64,000 bases of DNA from Microcoleus sp. (GCA_052279835.1 CP181291.1:1088001-1152000), one strand, 5' to 3'. Positions 19,733-30,219 are shown, counted from the stretch's first letter. A program made the numbers and translations. Notes: generated from the letters alone by a model not told the origin.

Positions 19733-20350
19733 TTAAAAGCCAAAAATTAAATCATGGACTACTAGCTGACCATCAAAAGCGTAAAAAGTGATTCGAGAAA
19801 TATTTGGTGCTTTGACACGCAGTTCAGTGCTCGGCTTAATGGCAGAATTAGACCCTACCAGATTGGGTGCTGGCATTTCATCCTGAGCAATTTGGACACC
19901 ATCCAGGTCGCAAGCAGACAAAACCGTTCGCCGGGAACTGGTGACAAGTCCTGACACAAAGCGAACTGGATACTTAAAAGAGATTTCTATCTGTCCGCTT
20001 TTGGGGGCTCCCATTAAAATTGTGATCCCAGGAACCGTCAAAAATGCTGGGTTGGAAGGTTGGATTGCCACCACATTGGTAAAAGTTAGCCCCCAATGTT
20101 TAAACTGGTGTTCTACTACTTCAAAGCATTTCAACTCTTCTAAAGCTAGTCGCACAGAATCCGGTGCTACAGCAGGCATCCGAGGCTCTGCTCCCCCCAC
20201 AGAGCGGTCGGGAGTAGCAACCACAACATTATTTTTGCCGTTTAAATCTACGCTTCGACATGGAGTCTCAAATTCTGCTATCCTGTCAGACTGAAGACTT
20301 TTTGTGTCAACCATAAAACCCTCGCGATCGCTTTTCCTGAGCAGTTGCAT
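19733..20350 (-). CDS. Conserved cyanobacterial hypothetical protein
   Basis: Long ORF with a globular-looking C-terminal part (IQPSNPAF, LMGAPKSG, VTSSR); start uncertain. Confidence 0.65.
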   Translation of the reverse strand: MQLLRKSDREGFMVDTKSLQSDRIAEFETPCRSVDLNGKNNVVVATPDRSVGGAEPRMPAVAPDSVRLALEELKCFEVVEHQFKHWGLTFTNVVAIQPSNPAFLTVPGITILMGAPKSGQIEISFKYPVRFVSGLVTSSRRTVLSACDLDGVQIAQDEMPAPNLVGSNSAIKPSTELRVKAPNISRITFYAFDGQLVVHDLIFGF

Positions 20351-21047
20351 CGTTAGTAGACCTCCCTGAGATTAGTTATTTTTTGTGTGGTGGAATTGAG
20401 CGGGGGGCGACTAATGATTGCCAAACCCCCCCAATTCAGAATAAACAACCGACCCTCACCTTTCTAACAAAGACTTTCGACATGAAAAGTCGCTGCTCCG
20501 CAAAGTATCGTGATTAATGATTAGACATCTCCCATAATTCCTGCGGGGTAGGTATCCAGCCAGCCCTTGACAGCCTTTTTGGGACACATCTATGAGTTAT
20601 TTGCTCCCACTTGTGTGATAACTTCAGCGTTTGGGTAGAGCGCTACCTATCCATTGTCAATTATTGTCCAGTAAATTAGTTACCAAAGTCAGACCGATCG
20701 ACAGCAAACCCACCGTGGGCTGTGAAAGAGAGCTTTAGCACTGTAACTGTGCAAGCATCGCTTTGAGATAGCGACTCACTGAGTTTTTGACAGTGAGGGG
20801 TATTACCCATCACCTTGCTATTATCTCCCATTCACAGTAGTTTGCAAGGGTGAGGATAACTACACAACCCGAACAGCAAAAATCTCAAAAGTTGCTTCCT
20901 GTCTGTAGTTTGACCCTTCACCTGTAATTTCATATAATTAAATCAATACTCAAACTTTACAAAAGCACCCTCAACTAAACAATTTTTTTCACATTCAGAC
21001 TGATGCCAGACCCAAATCTACCATCTCACTACAATTGAGGTTTATTT

Positions 21048-21953
21048 ATGCTTTTGCCCCTAGGCTTCGGTCAACGATCGACAGTTACTTCCCAAGGCCG
21101 AATGGTATACTACACTGCGGAAAAAACGCCTTGGATCAAGATACCTACCTCAACTTCGGATAATTTGCCGAACTTGGTATTTTTTCACGGTTTTGGAGGC
21201 GGTTCCAGTGCCTACGAATGGTCGAAAGTTTATCCGGCTTTTGCCGCGGACTATCGAGTTTTGGCACCGGATTTAATCGGCTGGGGACGATCGGAACATC
21301 CGGCGAAAAATTACCAGGTTGACGATTATATCACATCTTTAATCGAATTTCTCGAAAAAACTTGCGGGAGTCCGACGGATGTGATAGCGTCTTCTCTGAC
21401 TGGGGCGATCGCAATTCGAGCAGCGATCGCCAGACCAGACCTGTTCAAATCCCTGATTTTGACCACACCTAGCGGTTTGTCGGACTTTGGCAAAGATTAC
21501 AGCAAAAGTTTATTTGCTCAAATAGTCAGCACACCTATTTTAGACCGCTTGCTTTACAGTACCGGAATTGCCACAGATGGGGGCATCCGCAACTTCCTGG
21601 AACAGCGGCAATTTGCCGATGACCGCCGAGTTTACCAAGAAATCGTAGATGCTTACCTAGAATCTGCCTTGGAACCGAATGCAGAGTATGCCGCTCTTTC
21701 TTTTGTGCGAGGAGATTTATCCTTCGATTTATCCCTATACATAACTCAGCTAACCACGCCGACTGTGATGATTTGGGGAGAAAAGTCACAATTTACCAGC
21801 CCTGAGATTGGCCAGCGATTGGCAAATCTCAACCCCGAAGCCATCAAAGTATTCCAAATTTTGGAAAATGTCGGTTTGACACCGCAGCTAGAAATTCCCG
21901 CTGTCACCATTGGCTTGATCCGGCAATATTTAAAGTTGCTATCGGAAGGGTAA
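21048..21953 (+). CDS. Alpha/beta-fold hydrolase
   Basis: FFHGFGGG, APDLIGWGRSEHP, IASSLT; GAGG RBS. Confidence 0.88.
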   Translation: MLLPLGFGQRSTVTSQGRMVYYTAEKTPWIKIPTSTSDNLPNLVFFHGFGGGSSAYEWSKVYPAFAADYRVLAPDLIGWGRSEHPAKNYQVDDYITSLIEFLEKTCGSPTDVIASSLTGAIAIRAAIARPDLFKSLILTTPSGLSDFGKDYSKSLFAQIVSTPILDRLLYSTGIATDGGIRNFLEQRQFADDRRVYQEIVDAYLESALEPNAEYAALSFVRGDLSFDLSLYITQLTTPTVMIWGEKSQFTSPEIGQRLANLNPEAIKVFQILENVGLTPQLEIPAVTIGLIRQYLKLLSEG

Positions 21954-21985
21954 AAAAGTCAACTGACAACGGCCAGTTGTTGTTT

Positions 21986-22082
21986 ATTGGTTATGGGTTA
22001 TTGGTTATGGGTTATTCGTGATTATAATAGTGTGAATAAAAAATAACCAATAACTAATAACCAATAAAGAATAACTAATAAC
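21986..22082. repeat. Inverted heptamer STRR arrays (TATTGGT / AATAACC)
   Basis: Tandem heptamers in opposite orientation between convergent genes; the same family occurs at ~30881-30914 and ~32275-32372. Confidence 0.8.
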
Positions 22083-22088
22083 TAGTAG

Positions 22089-22613
22089 CTATTTGACGCG
22101 CACATCAATGACGCTGGCGTTGAAAATATACTTCTTGCCTTCAAGTTCTAGCGTAGTGCCAATTTTGACCTTCGTATTGCCTAAAACAGGACCGTTGTCA
22201 GTAATTTGACCTTTACCTTCTAAGGTAAACATCATATTTCTGCTGAAAGATTCTTCTTCTCTGGGGTCTGGTAGAGCTTTCAATGTGCCGTTGGGCTGAG
22301 GAACGGCGAGGGTTCTGGTCAAGGTTTTGACAGCTTTGATCGTAATCTGACCGGAGGGTTGGTTACGGATAATCACATTGATTTTATCCCCTGCTTTGAA
22401 TAACTCTTGAAAGTTTGTCCCTTTAAGACCGATCGCAATGGCATCGATTTCTACTGGTTTGACATCGGCGCCGCCAACTTGGGCTACAGAACCACCAGAA
22501 GTACCAGGGAAGAAGAAGATTCCGACTGCAACTAGCAGGATGATCAGAGCAGCACCTAGGTCTAGGATGCTAAGTTTACCGAACAAGCGGCCTTGTGAAT
22601 CCAAAATTTTCAT
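22089..22613 (-). CDS. DUF4330-like membrane-anchored protein
   Basis: MKILDSQGRLFGKLSILD N-terminal motif followed by a TM helix; start placed at ATG 22613. Confidence 0.75.
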   Translation of the reverse strand: MKILDSQGRLFGKLSILDLGAALIILLVAVGIFFFPGTSGGSVAQVGGADVKPVEIDAIAIGLKGTNFQELFKAGDKINVIIRNQPSGQITIKAVKTLTRTLAVPQPNGTLKALPDPREEESFSRNMMFTLEGKGQITDNGPVLGNTKVKIGTTLELEGKKYIFNASVIDVRVK

Positions 22614-22924
22614 AAAAATCTTCGGGAGTGTAGAAACCGCGTAGCTTGATAGTCGCGGACGAAACACGAGTCGCTGAATTTATCCAGCGTCTTCTGTGAG
22701 GGGTTGATAGCTTAAGAAGTATCTGTACAAGCCAAAAGATATTACCACGATCGCTGCTCACAATCCGCAGGACTTGAAGACCTGATATGTATCAGTCTCA
22801 AGGGCGGCATAAATTGAAAAAGTCCGAGCATTGATTCTGGGAATCCCCTTGTCAATCAAGCTATACTTCAAGAATGCCATAGATCCTACTCACAAAAGCG
22901 GTCGAAACAAAGGCTATACTTATC

Positions 22925-23785
22925 ATGTTTAAAAAAAATTGGTTGACAATCCGGCGTAGATGTGGTAAAGGAATTTATTTATTTCTGTCTCTGATTGTGA
23001 CTGCGGGAATCTGGGTGGTGTCGCCGGAACCGATGCAAGCATTTTCTTTGCCAGAACTGATTTTTCGAGGTATTCAAGTTATTCAATTGTCGAATGTGTC
23101 CGATCGCCAAGAAGTGGCTATAGGTAAAGAAATCAATCAGCAGTTGGCTGGACGGGAATTTAAAATTTATCCCGATCGCGCCACTACAGCATATATCAAC
23201 CGCATCGGTCAGCGACTGGTCCAAAATAGCGATCGCCCGAATATTCCCTATACCTTCCAAGTCGTTGACGATGACAATATTAATGCCTTTGCGACAATGG
23301 GCGGTTTTATTTATGTGAATAAAGGTTTAATGACCGCGGCAGATAATGAAGCTCAATTAGCCAGCGTGATCGGCCATGAAATCGGCCACATTAGTGCTCG
23401 CCACGCGATTAAACAAATGCGTCAAATGGCGATCGCCTCTGGTGTCGCTTCAGCAGCGGGACTCGATGGTTCTAAGGTAGTGCAGCTAGGGGTGGAACTG
23501 GCTTTGCGCCGTCCCCACAGCCGTCAAGCTGAATACGAAGCAGATCAGTTCGGATTGCAAACCATGGGGCGATCGGGCTACGCTCAATCGGGGATGGTGG
23601 ATTTTATGAAAAAGTTGCTCAATAGATCTTCTCCCCCCAGCATTTTGAGCACTCATCCGGCTACCGATTCCCGCATTACGGCGATCGAACAGGGAATCGA
23701 TCCGAGTTTGGCTACGGGTGAAGGCTTGAACAATGGGACTTACAGACAGGAAATCCGCAGGCTTCTGGGTTCCTCGCGTCAGTAG
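22925..23785 (+). CDS. M48 family zinc metallopeptidase
   Basis: INAFATMGG, HEIGH zinc motif, EYEAD, LSTHP. Confidence 0.92.
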   Translation: MFKKNWLTIRRRCGKGIYLFLSLIVTAGIWVVSPEPMQAFSLPELIFRGIQVIQLSNVSDRQEVAIGKEINQQLAGREFKIYPDRATTAYINRIGQRLVQNSDRPNIPYTFQVVDDDNINAFATMGGFIYVNKGLMTAADNEAQLASVIGHEIGHISARHAIKQMRQMAIASGVASAAGLDGSKVVQLGVELALRRPHSRQAEYEADQFGLQTMGRSGYAQSGMVDFMKKLLNRSSPPSILSTHPATDSRITAIEQGIDPSLATGEGLNNGTYRQEIRRLLGSSRQ

Positions 23786-23792
23786 TCAACAG

Positions 23793-24560
23793 CTAGCTCG
23801 GTGAAACCACTGGACTCAAAACCGATTTCTGGAGGGGATTTTCCGAGGAGTTCAATGGTCTAACCAATTCGTCTAAGGGCAAAATTCGGACTTGATGGTT
23901 AAATACATTAACTTGATAAACTCGGCGATAGTTGAGGTCAAATCCTGTCAGCCAGCCACTCTTGGGATGATAAGCACCCGTGTCAATATCTAGCCACCCT
24001 TGTCCTCTGACTAATTCCCCCGGTCTGACACCCTGAAACGTAAAGGTGATCGTGTGACCCGTGATAATTAATTTATCGGGAAAATAGGGTTGAGAGATGT
24101 TGTGAAAATCCTTGCGAATCCAGCAGAGTTGTTCGCTAGACTGCTGGTCAACGGGGAGTGTGGGATCGACCCCGGCGTGGACTAGCCAGATGTCGCCCAA
24201 GTCGAGGTGGGTGGGGAGCGATCGCATCCATTCTAAGTGCTGGTAGGGCATCATCCCTGTATTTCTGTAACTGTCGATGGTGGCATCACCGCCACTGCAA
24301 AGCCAAGCTTGCCACGATCGCATATCAGCAAGGCCATCCACTAGAGCATTTAACATCAGTTGTTCGTGGTTGCCTAACAGAGCTTGGTAACGACTTTGCT
24401 TGACAAATTCTACTACTTGAGCACTCTTGGGTCCGCGATCGATTAAGTCTCCCAGAAAATACACGCGATCCTCCGACCCAGGGGCAAGTGCCTCTAGCAA
24501 GGTCATTAAGCCATCGAAATGCCCATGTACGTCACCAATAACAATGCGCCGATGCTCCAT
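23793..24560 (-). CDS. PPP-family Ser/Thr phosphatase / metallophosphoesterase
   Basis: GDVHG, GDLIDRG, GNHE, HAG, GHT, IDTG. Confidence 0.92.
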   Translation of the reverse strand: MEHRRIVIGDVHGHFDGLMTLLEALAPGSEDRVYFLGDLIDRGPKSAQVVEFVKQSRYQALLGNHEQLMLNALVDGLADMRSWQAWLCSGGDATIDSYRNTGMMPYQHLEWMRSLPTHLDLGDIWLVHAGVDPTLPVDQQSSEQLCWIRKDFHNISQPYFPDKLIITGHTITFTFQGVRPGELVRGQGWLDIDTGAYHPKSGWLTGFDLNYRRVYQVNVFNHQVRILPLDELVRPLNSSENPLQKSVLSPVVSPS

Positions 24561-24817
24561 TGTACTTATTCAATTTCCTGACTCTCAACAAAAACCCGTA
24601 GCTAACAGCATCTGATTTTGCTGCTAGGCTTTTTGCCCTCTGGTTCCTAACAGGGGGTGTCACCCATTATACTGTTTCGTATAAAGATTTAGTAAAGTTT
24701 ACGACTATTTACAGAACACCGAAAATTTGGGTTGATGCAAAAACCCAGTAGATTTAACCACCAGCGACATAGCTCTTAACTAGCCTCGCATCGAGAGGGT
24801 GTCGCGATCGCTACGCC

Positions 24818-26341
24818 TCTAATCGCTAATTCATTGGACGTTTGTGGAAAACGCATACATATACCCATCGTTGCGGTGGATTGATTCGCAGTATTTATGA
24901 CGCACTGGACTTACCTTGCCTAGTGGCGTTCTCATCTCGAAAACTCCACTTTCTCTGACAGTCAACCTGCCGACGTGAGTACCTGCAAACTTCCCCGAAG
25001 GGAGAACTGCCCTCACCATATCGCCAGTCCCAAACCCAAAAAACGTCTTGCACCGCGTTCTGTGCCTCACCGGAAATCCATATTTATTAGTCGTAGACAT
25101 CTGACGATTGCCCCATCCTTTAGCTGAAATTAGCAACGGCTTCTTAGCGTGAACTTGCAGCATTTCTACATTTCCTACGCAGGCGGCATCCAGCCAATGA
25201 GTTTTAGGTAGTTGCAGTCGAGTACGATTGAACTTTGTTCTACCTCCTGTTGAAACTTCTATTGGTGATCCTGTTTGTTTAAGTCGTTGAAATAATGCCC
25301 AACGGGTAGAATTTACCGCAGTTGCATCTTTCAAAGGTTGTGAGGCCTGCTTCAAAATACGGGACAATATCTCAGGCTTTTTGGATAAGAACTCCCGGAT
25401 ATCTTGATTGCCTTTCTTTTGGTTGCATCCATGACAGGCTATGGCGAGATTGGAAACTCTATCGCTTCCACCTTTTGATTTTGGGTGAATGTGTTCTACC
25501 TCAAAAGGTACGTTTTCCACCCCGCAGTAAGCGCACTTCCTCCCCCATTTCTCTAATAAGTATTCCCTGACTTCATAGCCCGCAAGTTCACCTTGCTGAT
25601 ACTCCTTGCCAGAAATTTCGGGATTCTGCATTGCCTGCGTGTCAAATTTAACCAATTCCTGCGATATGCCTGTAATTGGCACATATCGACGGACGCGGTT
25701 AACCCAAGTCATGATATTCTTCACCCTGGATTCTCTACTCGGTGGCAACCATCCAGGCGTTCTCTTGCGGTTCAGAAAGCGTGGTTTGCGGTAACGAGTT
25801 TTGCGGTTACGACGATTGCGACGAATGGCACGACGCGATTCTAAGTCGTTTTTAATTTGCTGCCCGCGATGGGTTAATTCCGCACCCCAGATAACTTGAT
25901 CGCCCTGCACAATTGCTAGCCCAGTAGTCTTGGAACCTGGATCAATTTTTAATTGAGCAGGTTGCACTTGCGGGTCTGAAACTGCATATTTCAGGATGAT
26001 CGTGAACGGGTAACGGCGATATACAGCCGCTTGTTGTAGGTTCAATAATCGTCTTGCCTGTCCTGGCGGTACTGGATCAAGCGGTTGTTTGTTGGTATCT
26101 AGAACGAACACAAAGTTAGACATAAAAGTCCTCTGATTACTCAGGTTATGTTTTCCTCGTCAATGTTAGCGAGGCTTGTCGTGCCGGAGACACTTCCTTA
26201 GCTAAATAAAGATGTTTAATCTCCGGCGACAGAGCTACAGGCCCGAAAGCACCCGTAGGTGTCGTGACCCTGCTAACGTAGCCTAGTTAAAGGCTTAGAC
26301 TGGCTACCTTGTCCACTTTTGTCCAGTGATTAGCGGATAGC
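24818..26341 (-). mobile_element. Non-autonomous IscB (ISC/OMEGA) element with imperfect inverted ends and GG flanks
   Basis: Minus strand reads GG[GCTATCCGCTAATCACTGGACAAAAGTGGACAA ... TTTCCACAAACGTCCAATGAATTAGCGATTAGA]GG; it carries only omegaRNA + iscB. Confidence 0.7.
24831..26123 (-). CDS. iscB: RNA-guided endonuclease IscB
   Basis: PLMP-type N-terminus (PLDP..ARRLL), RuvC-I IDPGSK, Arg-rich bridge helix RRAIRRNRRNRKTRYR, RuvC-II QELVKFD, HNH EHIHPKSKGGS..N...C..CN, RuvC-III THWLDA. Confidence 0.95.
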   Translation of the reverse strand: MSNFVFVLDTNKQPLDPVPPGQARRLLNLQQAAVYRRYPFTIILKYAVSDPQVQPAQLKIDPGSKTTGLAIVQGDQVIWGAELTHRGQQIKNDLESRRAIRRNRRNRKTRYRKPRFLNRKRTPGWLPPSRESRVKNIMTWVNRVRRYVPITGISQELVKFDTQAMQNPEISGKEYQQGELAGYEVREYLLEKWGRKCAYCGVENVPFEVEHIHPKSKGGSDRVSNLAIACHGCNQKKGNQDIREFLSKKPEILSRILKQASQPLKDATAVNSTRWALFQRLKQTGSPIEVSTGGRTKFNRTRLQLPKTHWLDAACVGNVEMLQVHAKKPLLISAKGWGNRQMSTTNKYGFPVRHRTRCKTFFGFGTGDMVRAVLPSGKFAGTHVGRLTVRESGVFEMRTPLGKVSPVRHKYCESIHRNDGYMYAFSTNVQ

Positions 26342-26360
26342 CCACATAACCTAGGCAGTT
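26124..26360 (-). ncRNA. IscB omegaRNA (HEARO-like) with 5' guide
   Basis: Structured non-coding region directly upstream of iscB, with CCAGTCTAAG, CTACGTT, ACACCTACGGGTGC, GCTCTG, TTAAACA and AACATTGACGAGG blocks typical of IscB omegaRNAs; 5' end approximate. Confidence 0.8.
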
Positions 26361-26525
26361 GTTATACTTCTATAGCAATCCTAAATGAGTCGCAAGTTTT
26401 TTACCCCACCCCAACCCTCCCCTTACTAAGGGGAGGGAGCAAGAAATTGACAAATGAAGAAAGGGGACTCGAACAAGTCAAAGTCCCCTTTCTGAAGCAA
26501 AGCTATTTCATTATGACAAACAGGG

Positions 26526-26552
26526 TTTTGTAGGGGTAGGCCCCTACAAAAA
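26526..26552 (-). terminator. Hairpin terminator candidate downstream of the RTX gene
   Basis: TTTTGTAGGGG...CCCCTACAAAA inverted repeat with T/A tracts. Confidence 0.45.
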
Positions 26553-26577
26553 AATTAACCAATCAGTCTCGCTGCTA

Positions 26578-29500
26578 TTAGACGAAGCGCAAAGAAGAGC
26601 TGTCTAGGCTAAAGGAAGAAACTGGTTGGACGATCGCAATCAATTCATCCGAGCTCCCAGTCTTCTTGAAAATAGCGTTTCCAACAGGCAATCCGGCGGG
26701 AGAAGCACCTAACACATAAGTGGTAGGAGCGCCTTGAAGCTGGATGATATCTTGAGTCGGGTTGAAGCCGACAATCAAAGCATAATCGCTGCTGCCAGTA
26801 GCGCTATCGATGCCATCGTTGTAGTAGAACTTGGTGGCATCTCCCAGGAAGAAAGTATCATTGCCTTCTGCGCCAATCAGGGTATCGATTTCGCCCAGCC
26901 CAGGATTAGCAGCAGTGCTGTCAACACCAGTCAGAAAGTCATTACCTTCTTGGCTATAGAGGAAATCGTTACCAGTACCGCCCAGCAAAACATCATTATC
27001 TTTACCGCCGTACAGGGAGTCATTACCAGCGTCACCGGCTAAGGTATTGTTGCCTAGATCGCCACTGAGGACATCATTGCCTGTACCACCAAACAAAACA
27101 TCGTCACCCTTTCCTCCTAACTCGGTATCGTTACCATCGCTTCCAATCAAGGTGTCATTCCCTTGGTTGCCATTGAGGAGATCGTTACCGTCGTTGCCAA
27201 AGAGGGCATCGTCACCTTTGCCTCCGAAGATGATGTTGTTGTCGCTATTGCCATAGAGGCTATCGTTTCCTTTGTTGCCGTACAAAGGATTGTTAGCATC
27301 GTTGGCGACGATGACGTCATTGCCGCTGCTGCCGATCGCCTGTGGCGCTGAGCCTGTCGGTGCGGGTGAGTTTGTCATTGTGGGTGCGATCGGCGCTTTG
27401 AATGTCAGATCGGCTGCGGGAGTGAAAATGGGTGTGGGTGTGGGTGTGGGTGTGGGTGTGGGTGTGGGTGTTGGTGTCGGTGTGGGTGTTGTCACCGTGG
27501 GTATTGTCACCGGTTTGGGTGTCGGCGCGATGGGTGTCGGCGTCGTGGGTGTCGGCGTCGTGGGTGTCGGCGCGGTGGGTGTTGGCGCGGTGGGTGTTGG
27601 CGCGGTGGGTGTCGGCGTCGTGGGTGTCTCTGGTAAATTAGCAGCCAGAATTGCTGCACCAGTGAGGTTGGCTACAGTTTCGATGAAGCCAGCACCAGCC
27701 AGACTCGGCGATGCACCGAAGAAGTCGGAAATTACGATGTCATCCGTAGCCCTTACTACACCGTCTTTGTTGATGTCAATCAGTAGATTAGTGCCTTGTC
27801 GAGTCAAACCGATATTACCCGAAGACAAAGCCAACAACGCAGGGCTGGTACTGATATTATTCTGGAAATCAACAAAATCTAGGCGATCGATGCCACCTGT
27901 ATCCTGAATTTGCAGTTGAATCGCGTCAGGCGCGATGAGATAGCGATCGTTACCTGCACCACCTCGCAATACATTGCCACTGCCAAATCCGGCATAAAGC
28001 GTATCATCGCCAGCACCCCCTTCTAAGGTGCTATTACCGTTACCACGGAGATAGTCATTGCCATCTCCGCCTAAGACGAGGCTCTTGAAGCCACCGAAGA
28101 GCCTGTCATTACCCGCACCGCCATCCAAATTTAAGTTGCCCAACAAGGTGTCATCTCCATCGCCACCTGTCAGACTACTACCTCCATCCAGAAAGTCGTT
28201 GCCGATACCCCCATCCAGGGTGTTATCGCCGTTGTCACCCTGGAGGCTGTCATTGCCCCCACCCCCGCTGAGGCTGTCGTTTCCTGCACCGCCTAGCAAG
28301 GTGTCGTTGCCATCTAAGCCACTGATGGTGTCATTGCCATCTAAGCCTGCGATGTTGTCATTGCCGACAGTGCCTGTGAGGTTATCGTTACCGGAAGTGC
28401 CACTGGTTGCACTGCTTCCAGGTGCCGCCGTAGCTTCAGTCAGATTAGCAGCCAAAATTGCTGCACCAGTGAGGTTGGCTACAGTTTCGATGAAGCCAGC
28501 ACCAGCCAGACTCGGCGATGCACCGAAGAAGTCGGAAATTACGATGTCATCGGTAGCCCGTGCGATACCGTCTTTGTTGATGTCAATCAGTAAATTAGTG
28601 CCTTGTCGAGTCAAACCGATATTACCCGATGACAAAGCCAACAGCGCAGGGCTGGTACTGATATTATTCTGGAAATCAACAAAATCTAGGCGATCGATGC
28701 CACCTGTATCCTGAATTTGCAATTGATTCTGCGAAAACTCCCGTATTTGATAGCGATCGTTACCTGCACCACCTCGCAATACATTGCCACTATTAAATCC
28801 GGCATTGAGTGTATCATCGCCAGCACCCCCTTCTAAGGTGCTATTACCGCTACCACTGAGATAGTCATTGCCATCTACGCCTAAGACGAGGCTCTTGAAG
28901 TCACCGAAGAGGCTGTCATTGCCCGCACCGCCATCCAAATTTAAGCCACTTTGCAGCGTGTCATCTCCATCGCCACCAGCGAGACTATCATTGCCGCCAC
29001 CTCCATCCAGAAAGTCGTTGCCGATACCCCCATCCAGGGTGTCATCGCCGTTGTCACCCTGGAGGCTGTCATTGCCCCCACCCCCACTGAGGCTGTTGTT
29101 TCCTGCACCGCCTACCAAGGTGTCGTTGCCATCTAAGCCAACGAGGGTATCATTGCCCTCAAGCCCTGAAATGTTGTCATTACCGGCAGTGCCTGTGAGG
29201 TTATCGTTACCGGAAGTGCCACTGGTTGCACTGCTTCCAGGTGCCGCCGTAGCTTCAGTCAGATTAGCAGCCAAAATTGCTGCACCAGTGAGGTTGGCTA
29301 CATTTTCGATGAAGCCAGCACCTTCGACAGTCGCCGATGCACCGAAGAAGTCGGAAATTACGATGTCATCTGTCGCCCTTACTACACCGTCCTTGTTGAT
29401 GTCAATCAGTAAATTAGTGCCTTGTCGAGTCAAACCGATATTACCCGAAGACAAAGCCAACAACGCAGGGCTGGTACTGATATTATTCTGGAAATCAACA

Positions 29501-30042
29501 AAATCTAGGCGATCGATGCCACCTGTATCCTGAATTTGCAGTTGAATCGCGTCACGCCCGATGAGATAGCGATCGTTACCTGCACCACCTCGCAATATAT
29601 TGCCACTGCCAAATCCGGCATTGAGTCTATCATCGCCAGCACCCCCTTCTAAGGTGCTATTACCGCTACCACGGAGATAGTCATTGCCATCTCCGCCTAA
29701 GACGAGGCTCTTGAAGCCACCAAGGAGGCTGTCATTGCCCGCACCGCCATCCAAATTTAAGTTGCCCAACAAGGTGTCATCTCCATCGCCACCTGTCAGA
29801 CTAATACCTCCATCCAGAATGTCGTTGCCGATACCCCCATCCAGGGTGTCATTGTCGTCACCAGCGACAAGGCTGTCATTGCCCCCACCCCCGCTGAGGC
29901 TGTCGTTTCCTGCACCGCCTAGCAAGGTGTCGTTGCCATCTAAGCCAACGAGGGTATCATTGCCATCTAAGCCTGCGATGTTGTCATCGACGGATGTGCC
30001 GATGAGATTGTCGTTTGTGAATGTACCAGTAAATACTGCCAA
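26578..30042 (-). CDS. Large RTX-type Ca2+-binding repeat protein (secreted/surface)
   Basis: Many GGxGxDxL nonamers; three ~270-aa tandem modules; Pro/Thr linker; C-terminal DYA.I..F....D.IQL domain. Confidence 0.9.
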   Translation of the reverse strand: MAVFTGTFTNDNLIGTSVDDNIAGLDGNDTLVGLDGNDTLLGGAGNDSLSGGGGNDSLVAGDDNDTLDGGIGNDILDGGISLTGGDGDDTLLGNLNLDGGAGNDSLLGGFKSLVLGGDGNDYLRGSGNSTLEGGAGDDRLNAGFGSGNILRGGAGNDRYLIGRDAIQLQIQDTGGIDRLDFVDFQNNISTSPALLALSSGNIGLTRQGTNLLIDINKDGVVRATDDIVISDFFGASATVEGAGFIENVANLTGAAILAANLTEATAAPGSSATSGTSGNDNLTGTAGNDNISGLEGNDTLVGLDGNDTLVGGAGNNSLSGGGGNDSLQGDNGDDTLDGGIGNDFLDGGGGNDSLAGGDGDDTLQSGLNLDGGAGNDSLFGDFKSLVLGVDGNDYLSGSGNSTLEGGAGDDTLNAGFNSGNVLRGGAGNDRYQIREFSQNQLQIQDTGGIDRLDFVDFQNNISTSPALLALSSGNIGLTRQGTNLLIDINKDGIARATDDIVISDFFGASPSLAGAGFIETVANLTGAAILAANLTEATAAPGSSATSGTSGNDNLTGTVGNDNIAGLDGNDTISGLDGNDTLLGGAGNDSLSGGGGNDSLQGDNGDNTLDGGIGNDFLDGGSSLTGGDGDDTLLGNLNLDGGAGNDRLFGGFKSLVLGGDGNDYLRGNGNSTLEGGAGDDTLYAGFGSGNVLRGGAGNDRYLIAPDAIQLQIQDTGGIDRLDFVDFQNNISTSPALLALSSGNIGLTRQGTNLLIDINKDGVVRATDDIVISDFFGASPSLAGAGFIETVANLTGAAILAANLPETPTTPTPTAPTPTAPTPTAPTPTTPTPTTPTPIAPTPKPVTIPTVTTPTPTPTPTPTPTPTPTPTPIFTPAADLTFKAPIAPTMTNSPAPTGSAPQAIGSSGNDVIVANDANNPLYGNKGNDSLYGNSDNNIIFGGKGDDALFGNDGNDLLNGNQGNDTLIGSDGNDTELGGKGDDVLFGGTGNDVLSGDLGNNTLAGDAGNDSLYGGKDNDVLLGGTGNDFLYSQEGNDFLTGVDSTAANPGLGEIDTLIGAEGNDTFFLGDATKFYYNDGIDSATGSSDYALIVGFNPTQDIIQLQGAPTTYVLGASPAGLPVGNAIFKKTGSSDELIAIVQPVSSFSLDSSSLRFV

Positions 30043-30219
30043 TGTTTTTTTCCTGCCTAGAGTAAACCGGCGGGTGCTATTTTTGAGTTCGGCACCTAGC
30101 CTTAATTGTTTATCTGGGCACTCTCCCCAAAATTATGTAGTTTTTCCAAAAAAACTTTTTTTTTGGCAATTCTTTTTTTTTCCCAGACTCACAACTCACG
30201 ACAGAGAGGCGATTAAGGC

